NCBI GenBank assembly: GCA_964248365.1
Contig: CAXTYC010000045.1
Span: forward strand, 1-35,230
From: an uncultured Chroococcidiopsis sp.
GTDB taxonomy: Bacteria > Cyanobacteriota > Cyanobacteriia > Cyanobacteriales > Chroococcidiopsidaceae
DNA: 35,230 nucleotides
Direction: 5' to 3'
Below are positions 1 through 8,333 of the stretch, in pieces. The translations under genes and the position numbers were made by a program. How positions within the stretch are numbered: position 1 is the first letter of the stretch; each line of letters starts with the position of its first letter. The notes beneath the pieces are model-generated. The model was not told where the DNA came from. It saw nothing but the letters and a program-made list of their open reading frames with translations, and did no database searches.

Positions 1-103
1 GCTCTCAACGAGTGCAATTGTTGCGCTTACAGGTTGGTCATACATTCTGGATGCCGTAAATAAACGTACTGAAAATAGTGCATAATTTTTCGGAAATGGT
101 ATA
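1..103 (+). mobile_element. Right end of an IS630-family element: transposase C-terminus (2..85) plus terminal repeat ending in TA
   Basis: Frame 2 reads LSTSAIVALTGWSYILDAVNKRTENSA*, resembling the ...SLTGWxFIL.. tail of cyanobacterial IS630 transposases. It is followed by ...CGGAAATGGTATA, a TA-terminated end. Truncated by the window edge. Confidence 0.6.
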
Positions 104-191
104 ACATGAGTGAAGCTGCTATATATGCTGTCATGACTCGGATTATATTGCGTCGTCTTGTAGCCTAAAGATTTACTTTATAAATAGTCTC
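104..191 (+). mobile_element. 3' remnant of an IS5-family (IS1031-like) element: transposase tail 106..168 and right IR
   Basis: 106..168 encodes MSEAAIYAVMTRIILRRLVA*, the typical IS5/IS1031 C-terminus after RLSKDYE. It is followed by TTTACTTTATAAATAGTCTC (rc GAGACTATTTATAAAGTAAA) and a TTA target-like triplet. Confidence 0.75.
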
Positions 192-310
192 TTAAATATG
201 TTTCTCTAGAAGATTTAAAGAAAAATGCTTTGGATCTTTAATTAAATGATTTTCCTTAAATAGTCCTACATCTGCTAAAATGCCCTTCGTTTTTCTTAGC
301 GCCTTTGCGC

Positions 311-354
311 GGACACTTTGCCCTTGCGGGGGTTCCCCCCGCACGCAAGTGTCC
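311..354. repeat. Small palindromic dispersed repeat
   Basis: GGACACTT...TGCGGGGG-TTC-CCCCCGCA...AAGTGTCC nested inverted repeat; a type of short repeat common in cyanobacterial intergenic DNA. Confidence 0.6.
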
Positions 355-402
355 TTGTCTATGCGTGACATAATATCCTTTCTTTGTGCAACACCAGAAA
401 AC

Positions 403-704
403 CTATTTCTTTCCTTTATGCTTTGATTTGCTTTGCGGCGGAGTTCTGTGGGAACCGAAATACTTTTCACTACGGTAACGTAGCCAAACTCGCAGAACCT
501 GGGGGATTTGGTCTTTCTGTTCCTTCGTCAATGTATTGTAAAGCTGTAGGGCGCGATGGGGGACAAGCCCCCGCTTGCGCTACCGCGTTCATGACGGCAG
601 GCTGCATTATTATGTGCATCCCAATAACTTCTTGCCACCCGAATACGGCGGCAAACCTCTTTTACCAGTGCTTCTCCAGATAGCGGAGTATCTTTCTTAT
701 TCAT
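403..704 (-). pseudogene. Small basic hypothetical protein (91 aa when restored), frameshifted by a 26-nt insertion
   Basis: Removing 558..583 restores a HIP1 site and one continuous ORF: MNKKDTPLSGEALVKEVCRRIRVARSYWDAHNNAACRHERDRALQLYNTLTKEQKDQIPQVLRVWLRYRSEKYFGSHRTPPQSKSKHKGKK*. Confidence 0.8.
558..583. mobile_element. 26-nt small dispersed repeat (SDR5-like) inserted in a HIP1 site
   Basis: GCGAT(553-557)[GGGGGACAAGCCCCCGCTTGCGCTAC]CGC(584-586); internal GGGGG/CCCCC hairpin; no target duplication. Confidence 0.8.
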
Positions 705-729
705 CCTGAAAGTAAATTCCAACTTAAAA

Positions 730-801
730 AGCCCATGATGAGGATTGAACTCATGACCTCTTCATTACCAATGAAGTGCTCTACCACTGAGCTACACGGG
801 C
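730..801 (-). tRNA. trnT: tRNA-Thr(GGU)
   Basis: rc GCCCGTGTAGCTCAGTGGTAGAGCACTTCATTGGTAATGAAGAGGTCATGAGTTCAATCCTCATCATGGGCT; cloverleaf with GGT anticodon and TTCAA T-loop; CCA not encoded. Confidence 0.97.
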
Positions 802-879
802 GAACAATTTCGGGGACTATAGATTCTAGATTTTGGCTTATTCTAGTATCATAAACCCAAAATTTTGTTCTCAGGCGGA

Positions 880-961
880 TGGGCCGAGCTGGATTTGAAC
901 CAGCGTAGGCATAGCCAGCGGATTTACAGTCCGCCCCCATTAACCACTCGGGCATCGACCC
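880..961 (-). tRNA. trnY: tRNA-Tyr(GUA)
   Basis: rc GGGTCGATGCCCGAGTGGTTAATGGGGGCGGACTGTAAATCCGCTGGCTATGCCTACGCTGGTTCAAATCCAGCTCGGCCCA; GTA anticodon and long variable arm. The Tyr-Thr tandem is typical of cyanobacteria. Confidence 0.97.
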
Positions 962-982
962 GCATACATCCACCGATTTAGT

Positions 983-1012
983 ATAATAACACAATGATCT
1001 AAAAAATTACAA
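983..1012 (-). promoter_or_regulatory. Putative sigma70 promoter of the tRNA-Tyr/Thr operon
   Basis: Minus strand TTGTAA-N18-TATTAT with an extended TG, about 20 nt upstream of tRNA-Tyr. Confidence 0.55.
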
Positions 1013-1036
1013 GTATTTTTTCAATTTTCTTGTGTT

Positions 1037-1067
1037 ACTAGTTTCTAGGCTCAGACTAGAAACTAGT
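1037..1067. repeat. Palindromic repeat/hairpin downstream of the ABC transporter (possible terminator)
   Basis: ACTAGTTTCTAG-GCTCAGA-CTAGAAACTAGT, a perfect 12-bp stem; related copy CTCGTTTCTAGGCTGAGCCTAGTAACAAG at 25341..25369. Confidence 0.6.
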
Positions 1068-1076
1068 TTGCGATCG

Positions 1077-2891
1077 CTAACTAAGCAATTCGCCAGTTTC
1101 TTGCAGCGAGTGCAGACGGTGGTAAATACCTGCACTGCGTAACAGTTCGGCATGGCTACCCACTTCTACAATCCTACCTTGATCCAAAACGACAATTTTA
1201 TCTGCTTCGCGCACCGTACTCAGTCGGTGGGCAATGATGATAGTGCTACGAGTACCCAGAATTGAGCGCATCGCTAGCTGAATTGAACGCTCAGACTCAT
1301 AATCTAGGCTGGAGGTAGCCTCGTCAAAAATTAGCACGTCTGGATTCACCAACAAAGCCCTAGCAATTCCTAAGCGCTGTCGCTGTCCTCCAGACAATCG
1401 TACACCCCTTTCACCCACTATGGTGTAATAACCTTCAGGCAACTGTTGAATTACTTCATCGAGTCTGGCAATCCTACAGGCTTCCTGCACCTGCTCAAAA
1501 CTAGCTAGACGATTGCCATAGGTGATGTTATCCAACAAAGTGCCATTAAAAACATCTACCTCTTGGTGAACGATCGCCAGCCGTCTACGATAAGCAGCAA
1601 CATCTAGCTGACGAATATCCGTACCATCAATTAAAATCCGACCTTGAAGCGGTTCAAAATAGCGAAACAGCAACTTTACCAAAGTAGACTTTCCCGAACC
1701 GGAGCGCCCAACTAGTGCCACTGTTTGATATGGTTCAACTAACAAATTGACATCTTGTAATACAGGGCGACTAGGATCATAACCAAAAGTCACATGGGAA
1801 AATTCCAATTTCCCAGTAAAACTATAAGGTGCATTCGATTGGGGTTCTACCAAATTCGCTGCATCTACGCCAGTGGGTTGCTGCATAAGCTCGTGATAAC
1901 GCAACATCGAGGCATAGCGACGGGCAAAAATCTCAGCCAAGTTATTAATCGGTTCCAACTCGGCATAAGCCATGCTAGAAACCGTTAAAACTGTAACAAA
2001 ATGTCCAAGAGAAATCTGACCGTTTACTGTAGCTACTAGCACCAAACCTAAAACGGCAAAGACACAAAATTGAGTAATAGTTCTTTGCCAAGTGCTTAAT
2101 TTGGTGTAACCAAGGTGAATCCGGTAAATTACAACTTGAAACTCGCGGTTAAGCCTTTGCTGTTGGCTTTTGTATTCTTGTGCTTCTGTAGCAAATGCTT
2201 TGACAGTTTTGATATTAGTAACAATTTCTGATGTACGGCTTTGGGTATTTTCCATGTATTTATCTAGCCGTCGTTCTTGTTCCATCAGTTGCCGCAAATC
2301 TCGCAGGCTGATACCCAAGATAGCCACGAACGAAATCAGAAATAGTAAAGCAATTCGCCACTCGATTAACAAAATTACTACGAAAATTCCCAATACTCGG
2401 AATAGTTTGGGGAGCAATTGACCTGCGATTTCTGGGTAAGTCCAGGTGTGATTTTCTAGACCTCTAGCAATCCGCCCCGCTATGCGTCCAGGGTTGTTTT
2501 CATCATAAAATTCCAGGGGCAATGTGAGGATTTTACCTATAGTTTTTTTGAAGTGATCGTGCCGAGAACGTAAAGCAATATACCAATGAAACCACAAAGT
2601 TGACCAGATTTGAATCGGTGCTTTAACAACAGTAACTAAGAAGATTAAACCCATTAATATCCCAAGGGATAGTAACCGATGAGGTGGAAGTTGTGTAACA
2701 TTGGCAATTGCTGCGATTATCTGTTGGAGCGGACGATCAAGCGGTTGATTGGACAGCACATTTAACAACTGTCCGATCGCCCAGGGTACAACCAATTCTA
2801 CTATCTCAAAGATACTGGCTGCGACAATACTAAACAGCGCGATCGCCCGATATGGTCGGTAGTATTTGACAAGATCTTGAAATTTTGCCAT
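1077..2891 (-). CDS. ABC transporter, fused permease/ATP-binding subunit (MsbA/MdlB-like exporter)
   Basis: N-terminal TM helices; Walker A GRSGSGKST, signature LSGGQRQR, Walker B LIFDEATS, H-loop AHRLST. Confidence 0.95.
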   Translation of the reverse strand: MAKFQDLVKYYRPYRAIALFSIVAASIFEIVELVVPWAIGQLLNVLSNQPLDRPLQQIIAAIANVTQLPPHRLLSLGILMGLIFLVTVVKAPIQIWSTLWFHWYIALRSRHDHFKKTIGKILTLPLEFYDENNPGRIAGRIARGLENHTWTYPEIAGQLLPKLFRVLGIFVVILLIEWRIALLFLISFVAILGISLRDLRQLMEQERRLDKYMENTQSRTSEIVTNIKTVKAFATEAQEYKSQQQRLNREFQVVIYRIHLGYTKLSTWQRTITQFCVFAVLGLVLVATVNGQISLGHFVTVLTVSSMAYAELEPINNLAEIFARRYASMLRYHELMQQPTGVDAANLVEPQSNAPYSFTGKLEFSHVTFGYDPSRPVLQDVNLLVEPYQTVALVGRSGSGKSTLVKLLFRYFEPLQGRILIDGTDIRQLDVAAYRRRLAIVHQEVDVFNGTLLDNITYGNRLASFEQVQEACRIARLDEVIQQLPEGYYTIVGERGVRLSGGQRQRLGIARALLVNPDVLIFDEATSSLDYESERSIQLAMRSILGTRSTIIIAHRLSTVREADKIVVLDQGRIVEVGSHAELLRSAGIYHRLHSLQETGELLS

Positions 2892-3207
2892 GATGCTTAG
2901 GAGCCGAAACCTTCTGCTAAGCTATTTGCTTCTATACTACATTATACTACAAAAAGATGAAGTGTTGGCAAAAATTAAAGTAAGATAGAAAGCTCAAGTG
3001 TATATAAGTCAGTTGTTTTAGATATCTCAGCTGGGAATCCGATGTAACCTCTAAAAAATAGACGGTTCTTGTTTTCAGGTTATCTGTTGGTTTTCTAGGG
3101 GAACTGTGTTGAAGGATGTCAATTTTTGCAGACCCAAAACCCTGGGAAACAACAGGCAAACGGCTGAGAAAAGGAATACTATGCTAATGTATTGATCGAG
3201 AAGTAAA

Positions 3208-3286
3208 TTCGGCGGTAGTGTTTGTCTTAAATTACCTACAGGCGACTCTCCGGATCAGCATCTCTGTACCAATTAATTCTGGAGAG
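3208..3286 (+). promoter_or_regulatory. rbp-type 5'UTR conserved boxes with RBS-sequestering complementarity
   Basis: TTCGGCGG (3208) and TTTGTCTT boxes, plus CTCTCCGGA (3246-3254) able to form 9 bp (one G-U) with TCTGGAGAG (3278-3286, RBS). Similar boxes are known upstream of cold-inducible cyanobacterial rbp genes. Confidence 0.6.
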
Positions 3287-3291
3287 ACGAT

Positions 3292-3621
3292 ATGTCAATC
3301 TATGTAGGCAACTTGCCATACGAAGTTACCCAAGACGATCTGAGCAATGTATTCGCAGAATACGGAACGGTAAAGCGGATTCAGCTACCGACTGATCGTG
3401 AAACAGGTCGTCTACGTGGGTTTGGTTTTGTGGAAATGGAAACAGAAGCAGCAGAAACGGCAGCTATCGAAGCCCTTGATGGTGCTGAGTGGATGGGGCG
3501 AAGTCTCAAAGTCAACAAAGCAAAACCACGCGAGGAAAGAAGTCGCTCTGGTGGTGGAAACTGGGGAAATAACAGCGGGGGCGGATACTCTGGTGGTGGT
3601 GGCGGTCGTCGTCGCTACTAA
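3292..3621 (+). CDS. rbpA: RRM-domain RNA-binding protein with Gly-rich tail (RbpA family)
   Basis: RNP2 IYVGNL, RNP1 RGFGFVEM, C-terminal GGG..RRRY. Exact paralog identity uncertain. Confidence 0.92.
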   Translation: MSIYVGNLPYEVTQDDLSNVFAEYGTVKRIQLPTDRETGRLRGFGFVEMETEAAETAAIEALDGAEWMGRSLKVNKAKPREERSRSGGGNWGNNSGGGYSGGGGGRRRY

Positions 3622-3806
3622 GCAAGGCGGTTTTAAACAGTTCTAAAGGGGTGAAATTATTGGTTAGGGTATCAGCTTGATGCGTCACAATTAGTTTTAC
3701 CCACAAAGCACCCTCCTTTGTTAATTAGCAGCAGTTGTTGATGTTGGATTTACTTGGAGGTGAGTGCGATCGCCCAGCGGTTGATGCAAATTAAGGAGGA
3801 GACAGA

Positions 3807-3986
3807 ATGACCCAAGTGGTTCTAGGCGAAAATGAAAGCATTGATTCAGCTTTACGTAGGTTTAAGCGTCAAGTCTCCAAAGCAGGGATTTTTCCAGATT
3901 TAAGGCGGTTGCGCCATTTTGAAACACCCATCGAGAAGCGCAAACGCAAAGCGATCGCCAGAAGGCGTAAGAAAAGACGCTTCTAA
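3807..3986 (+). CDS. rpsU: 30S ribosomal protein S21
   Basis: Not in the ORF track (59 aa): [59 protein letters not shown]; strong RBS AAGGAGG. Confidence 0.96.
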   Translation: MTQVVLGENESIDSALRRFKRQVSKAGIFPDLRRLRHFETPIEKRKRKAIARRRKKRRF

Positions 3987-3997
3987 AGCGTCAAACA

Positions 3998-4197
3998 ATT
4001 TTAGATTTTAGATTTTGGATTTTTGATTAAAACCCCATAGATAAATCTAGATTCCTGAAATGAGGACACGAGTGTGTCTGGCTTAAGGAGAATCAAGGGC
4101 AAAAATCTTATTTCTTTTCCATGTCTCTTGACAGGGGCTTTAGGATATTTCGGATTTAAACAAATAACCCCTCTTCTAAAATCTAAAATGTAAAATC
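3998..4197. repeat. Inverted pair of heptamer (STRR-type) arrays between convergent genes
   Basis: (ATTTTAG/ATTTTGG)n at 3998-4028 and complementary (CTAAAAT)n at 4175-4197. Confidence 0.7.
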
Positions 4198-4230
4198 GCT
4201 AGCTGTTAGCTATCAGTCGTTAGCTGATAG

Positions 4231-5058
4231 CTAATTGTGTTCTTCTAGATGGGGAAAAAATTCTAGTCGATAGCGATAGAGAGCAACTGGTCGAGAGCCA
4301 GCAGTAAAGTAATCTGGATCTTGAGGTGAGAGGTAGACAGCTGTAACTTGATCTCCTTCAATAGTGCGAATCGATGTAGGTAGATAGTGATAGGACGTTG
4401 TAGATTCCACCTGATTAAAAAAGATAAGCGCCCCATTACCCCGAAATTGCTGTTGAAACACCTCACAAGTAATAAACTTATTTGCGTCTAGGGTTTGAGT
4501 AGCTCTACCAGTAACAATAGAAACTAGCTGTCGTTCTTTTTGCAGTAAGGTAATTTGACGATTAGGAGAATCGGGATCAACCTTAACTGCAATCACAGCG
4601 CGATCGCCTAAATAAGCTCTGGCTAAATTCAATCCATTAAAAGCCCGATCTGCTATTATAGCAGACTGTAACTTCAAAGGCTGAGGAATTAACTTTAAAG
4701 ACGAAGTTGGTAAACGGTTTTTGCCAAAGCGTACACGGAACTTAACAGGTACATTGAGATAACGACGATTTCCCTCAAACCCAGGAGTTACAACATCAGG
4801 AGCCAAAGGCGCTACCAAATCCACCAGCGTACTTGTCACATCCCAAGTTCCACTCATCCACTCAGGATAGACTAAATCACCTTCAGCCACCTGCACAGAT
4901 GGTTTACTATCCCAGTGGGGAAAACTTGCTAACCGCTGATCTAGGGTAAGAGCGATCGCCTCCCCACCCCAAAGCAGCAACACTAAAACCAGAAAAAAAC
5001 CCCAAATCCCTCTCACAACTCTTCTTAGCGCACAAGCGCGTCTTTGCGGTTCAATCAA
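4231..5058 (-). CDS. Conserved cyanobacterial exported protein (DUF6816-like)
   Basis: Hydrophobic signal-like N-terminus; DLVYPEWMSGTW and ADRAFNG motifs; C-terminal YLSPQDPDYF...ALYRYRL. Start uncertain. Confidence 0.75.
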   Translation of the reverse strand: MIEPQRRACALRRVVRGIWGFFLVLVLLLWGGEAIALTLDQRLASFPHWDSKPSVQVAEGDLVYPEWMSGTWDVTSTLVDLVAPLAPDVVTPGFEGNRRYLNVPVKFRVRFGKNRLPTSSLKLIPQPLKLQSAIIADRAFNGLNLARAYLGDRAVIAVKVDPDSPNRQITLLQKERQLVSIVTGRATQTLDANKFITCEVFQQQFRGNGALIFFNQVESTTSYHYLPTSIRTIEGDQVTAVYLSPQDPDYFTAGSRPVALYRYRLEFFPHLEEHN

Positions 5059-5466
5059 TCATAAACTCTCAACAGGTGCAGGCTCCCAAACCTCACCATA
5101 CTGCTGTTGTAGCGCCTGCCAAGCCTCCACCTGTCCTGGCTCATATTCCCCAGGCTTACCCCATTGCAGAAACAAACTTAAAGCTGGCTGCTGCTGGTGA
5201 TCCAAAAAACGGATCGCATAAGTAGTGAAGTTACCCCGCTTCGATTCACCCGTTTCAAATTTTACCTGCTTAATTTCATCCATATTTAGGTGAAATTCAA
5301 AACCCTCAGTATGCATATTTGCATACTTGCCCTTGGGTAACTCTGCATAGAATAGCTTTTGTAACTTGCCCCGTGCTTCTAAAACAGCAGCACTGCTAGT
5401 AACAATCAGACGTAGAGTTGAGAGATTTTCGCAAGCTTCTAAAAATTCTTTTAAGGTTGCACTCAT
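5059..5466 (-). CDS. ChuX/HutX-family heme-utilisation-like protein
   Basis: 135 aa; LRLIVTSSAAVLE...YANMH..FEFHL..YAIRF pattern. Confidence 0.7.
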   Translation of the reverse strand: MSATLKEFLEACENLSTLRLIVTSSAAVLEARGKLQKLFYAELPKGKYANMHTEGFEFHLNMDEIKQVKFETGESKRGNFTTYAIRFLDHQQQPALSLFLQWGKPGEYEPGQVEAWQALQQQYGEVWEPAPVESL

Positions 5467-5506
5467 AATTAGTAGTTAGTGATTAGTGGCTATAAGGCAC
5501 GACTTG

Positions 5507-5917
5507 TTAGCGCTCCTTTCTGATATCTTTGCAGTACACTATCTCTGTTTGTATTTGTAAATTTTCAATTACACCTGATAATTTGTATTCTCGTTCCCCC
5601 AACAATATCATCGTCAAATTATCACTTTCTGTTGAGGTAAATATTCTTTGCTCTTTACACTTTTCCTCTACAAATTCCATAAGTTTGTTTCCAATTCCTT
5701 TTCTTTGAAACTCGGGACAAACACACAAAAATCGAATAAAGGGTCTGCCATAAAACGTATAGTCAGTTACATATCCTGTAATTCTTTTTCCGAGTGTAGC
5801 CACATAACATTCTTCTCTTTGTATTTCTGCTTTTCTATCGCCGCCAAAAACATCAAATCTATCTATTTCCTCAAAGTCACTGATTAAGGCTTTTCTAATT
5901 CTGATTTCTTCAAGCAT
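5507..5917 (-). CDS. GNAT-family N-acetyltransferase
   Basis: Acetyl-CoA motif VCPEFQRKGIGNKLM; AT-rich relative to its neighbours. Confidence 0.8.
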   Translation of the reverse strand: MLEEIRIRKALISDFEEIDRFDVFGGDRKAEIQREECYVATLGKRITGYVTDYTFYGRPFIRFLCVCPEFQRKGIGNKLMEFVEEKCKEQRIFTSTESDNLTMILLGEREYKLSGVIENLQIQTEIVYCKDIRKER

Positions 5918-5925
5918 TCTGTATA

Positions 5926-6051
5926 TATAGTAATCCTAAATGATTTGTAAAAAATTCTATGTCTTTCCCTACGCTCTTAGCACTAGCCTGCACAGCTTCC
6001 TAAGCGTCTACGGAAAAAAGGAATTTTTACACCTCAAATAAGATTGCTATA
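5926..6051. mobile_element. MITE-like element (~126 bp) with TA ends
   Basis: Left TATAGTAATCCTAAATGATTTGTAAAAAATTC; rc of right end TATAGCAATCTTATTTGAGGTGTAAAAATTCC; imperfect terminal inverted repeats and no ORF. Confidence 0.7.
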
Positions 6052-6134
6052 AAGCTATTTTCATGATACCAAGTAATAAATCATGGGTAAGAATAGAGCA
6101 TTTAGAAATCAAATCTATTACCAATTACCAAAAA

Positions 6135-7088
6135 CTATTTTTCATGTTGTTCGTAAGCTGCAACAATCCTTTGAACGAGGGGATTACGTACAACATCCTT
6201 TTGTGTTAATTCACATAAAGCAATGCCTTCAACGTGTTGCAGGATTTTCAAAGCCACTGCTAAACCAGATTGTTGATGTAGTGGCAAATCAGTCTGAGTC
6301 ATGTCACCAGTTACTACCATACGGGAACGAAATCCCAGACGAGTCAAAACCATTTTCATTTGAGCTGGTGTAGTGTTCTGGGCTTCATCCACAATTACAA
6401 AGGCATTGTTGAGGGTACGACCCCGCATATAAGCCAAGGGAGCCACTTCAATAACACCCCGTTCCATCAGATTAGACATTTTTTCTGGATCGATGAACTC
6501 GTATAAGGCATCGTAGAGGGGACGGAGAAAGGGATCAATTTTCTGTTGTAAGTCTCCTGGTAAAAAGCCCAGTTTTTCACCTGCTTCCACAGCTGGACGA
6601 GTCAGAATTAGCCGTTCATATTGATTAGCTAACAGTGCTTGAGCGGCAATCACAACAGCCAGAAAGGTTTTACCCGTGCCTGCAGGTCCAGTACAAAATG
6701 TCAAGTCGTGCTTGAGGATTGCCCCGATGTACTGCCGCTGACGAAAGGTTTTAGCGCGAACTTCATCGCCCCGACGAGTCCGAGCGAGAATATCTCGCTG
6801 TAATTCTTGCAGTTCGTCCCCGCGCTGGGTATCGTAGGCTTGACGGGCAGTGAGAATATCAGCACTAGAAATGCTCTTGCCTTTGCTCCAGAGATATTCA
6901 AGCGATCGCACTAATCTCTGACACAGTTCAATTTGTTTTTCTGTACCAGAGATATACAATTCTTGTCCGCGCAGCACTAGATTAGCACCTGTTTGCCGTG
7001 CCAAGGTTTTGAGATTTTCTTCATGCTCTCCCGAAAGGGCGATCGCGCTTTCAATATTCGGCAGCACAATCGTCGATGCCTCTGCCAT
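6135..7088 (-). CDS. phoH: PhoH-family ATPase (PhoL/YbeZ-like)
   Basis: GPAGTGKT, LTRPAVEAGEKLGFLPG, YMRGRTL, DEAQN, GDxTQxD motifs. Confidence 0.95.
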   Translation of the reverse strand: MAEASTIVLPNIESAIALSGEHEENLKTLARQTGANLVLRGQELYISGTEKQIELCQRLVRSLEYLWSKGKSISSADILTARQAYDTQRGDELQELQRDILARTRRGDEVRAKTFRQRQYIGAILKHDLTFCTGPAGTGKTFLAVVIAAQALLANQYERLILTRPAVEAGEKLGFLPGDLQQKIDPFLRPLYDALYEFIDPEKMSNLMERGVIEVAPLAYMRGRTLNNAFVIVDEAQNTTPAQMKMVLTRLGFRSRMVVTGDMTQTDLPLHQQSGLAVALKILQHVEGIALCELTQKDVVRNPLVQRIVAAYEQHEK

Positions 7089-7266
7089 AGCAGTTGTTAT
7101 TTGTTAGTTTATTATTTCTTATCCTATTCCCATCTTCCCTTGCTCCCCTTACTAGCTGTTAACACGCAGTTAGCTATTAGCCAAGCGCGGGCGCGTAAAT
7201 CCTCTTTGTTTGTAGCAGATGGTATCTTTAATAGATAGCGTGTCAATTGTGTTGCTACTAACTTTT

Positions 7267-7325
7267 AGCTACTAGCTAAAAGCTAAAAGCTAATCGCTAA
7301 TTGCTAAAAGCTAATAGCTAATTGC
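7267..7325. repeat. Heptamer tandem repeats (GCTAAAA/GCTAATT)
   Basis: Directly visible degenerate 7-mer array. Confidence 0.65.
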
Positions 7326-7752
7326 TAATCGAGCGAGGTTTGATCGTAGGTTTGGGGCTGTTGCCCCGCTGTTCTCTGGCTTTTGGTGCTGAGCTTCCAA
7401 CTTCTTCTTCACCAGACATACCGTTGAAAGCCCCACTACCATAAATATCTAGATAAACCGAATGCCCAGATAAGGCGGCAGCCGCAGCAATTACAGTCCG
7501 AATACTCTGGATATTGCGCCCGCCCCGACCAAAAACTCGCCCTTTGTCTTCGCCTTCAAAAGCAACCCTAATCCAAACTCGTGAGGTGTTAGCAGAAAAT
7601 TCACAATCCACACTCAAAGAGTTTGGGGACTCTAATAACGGCTGAATTAGAAACTTTACCAGAGAGGCGTAATCAGGTGGTTCCTTAGCTGAGCCTACAC
7701 TTTGACTAGTAGAATTACCCGTTGGCTGTGGTAGTGAGCTGTTCAAAGACAT
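7318..7752 (-). CDS. khpA: KH-domain RNA-binding protein (KhpA/YlqC family)
   Basis: [20 protein letters not shown] motif; downstream of rpsP in the conserved ffh-rpsP-khpA order. Confidence 0.88.
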   Translation of the reverse strand: MSLNSSLPQPTGNSTSQSVGSAKEPPDYASLVKFLIQPLLESPNSLSVDCEFSANTSRVWIRVAFEGEDKGRVFGRGGRNIQSIRTVIAAAAALSGHSVYLDIYGSGAFNGMSGEEEVGSSAPKAREQRGNSPKPTIKPRSISN

Positions 7753-7975
7753 TAGCTTTTTCTAGGATGCGACGCACGGTATTAGTAGGTTGAGCGCCTT
7801 GTTGAAGTCGCTTGACAATCCCTGGTACATTTAATGTGGTTTCGTCTGTTCTGGGATTGTAGAAGCCTAGTTCTTCTATGGGGCGACCTTCGCGGCGATC
7901 GCGGCTATTAATAACAATAATCCGGTAACTGGCTTCCCGCTTTTTACCGTATCGCTTCAATCGCAATTTGATCAT
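7715..7975 (-). CDS. rpsP: 30S ribosomal protein S16
   Basis: [12 protein letters not shown]...[23 protein letters not shown]...GAQPT.TV. Confidence 0.98.
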   Translation of the reverse strand: MIKLRLKRYGKKREASYRIIVINSRDRREGRPIEELGFYNPRTDETTLNVPGIVKRLQQGAQPTNTVRRILEKANVFEQLTTTANG

Positions 7976-8092
7976 GTTGAGGTCTAATTCTCCTATGAGT
8001 AGCTATGAACTTTGATTTTAAGATGCCCAATAGATAATTGTACCACTTACAGCCCATCAAATTCTAGTAGTCAGGAGCCAGAATGAAGTGAC

Positions 8093-8333
8093 TAGTGGAA
8101 CCAGTGGAACCAGTGGCTAGAAGAGGACTTGGGGACTTGGGGACTTGGGGACTTGGGGAGAAGAGGATGGGGAAGACTTGGAGACTTGGAGATGGGGGGA
8201 AAGATTTGTACATAAATTCCCCTTGTCCCCAAGTCTCCCCCTCCCCAAATCCTCTTTTTTCCGCTTTTCCCTTTCCCTCGTCCCTTTTCCCTTTCTCTAG
8301 CCACTGGTTCCACTGGTTCCACTGGTTCCACTA
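8093..8333. repeat. Composite repeat cassette between ffh and rpsP with 28-bp perfect inverted arms
   Basis: AGTGGAACCAGTGGAACCAGTGGCTAGA (8094-8121) is the exact rc of 8296-8323; interior (GACTTGGG)n and a partially complementary pyrimidine tract. Confidence 0.85.

Noticed and set aside
194..241. KYVSLEDLKKNALDL* as the tail of a gene interrupted by the IS
   Set aside because: Only 15 codons; cannot be distinguished from chance without upstream sequence.
192..683. ORFs 192..470(-) and 384..683(+)
   Set aside because: They overlap the restored pseudogene in another frame or strand and run through palindromic repeats; no recognisable motifs.
701..994. 97-aa minus-strand ORF
   Set aside because: Overlaps tRNA-Tyr and tRNA-Thr entirely; an artefact.
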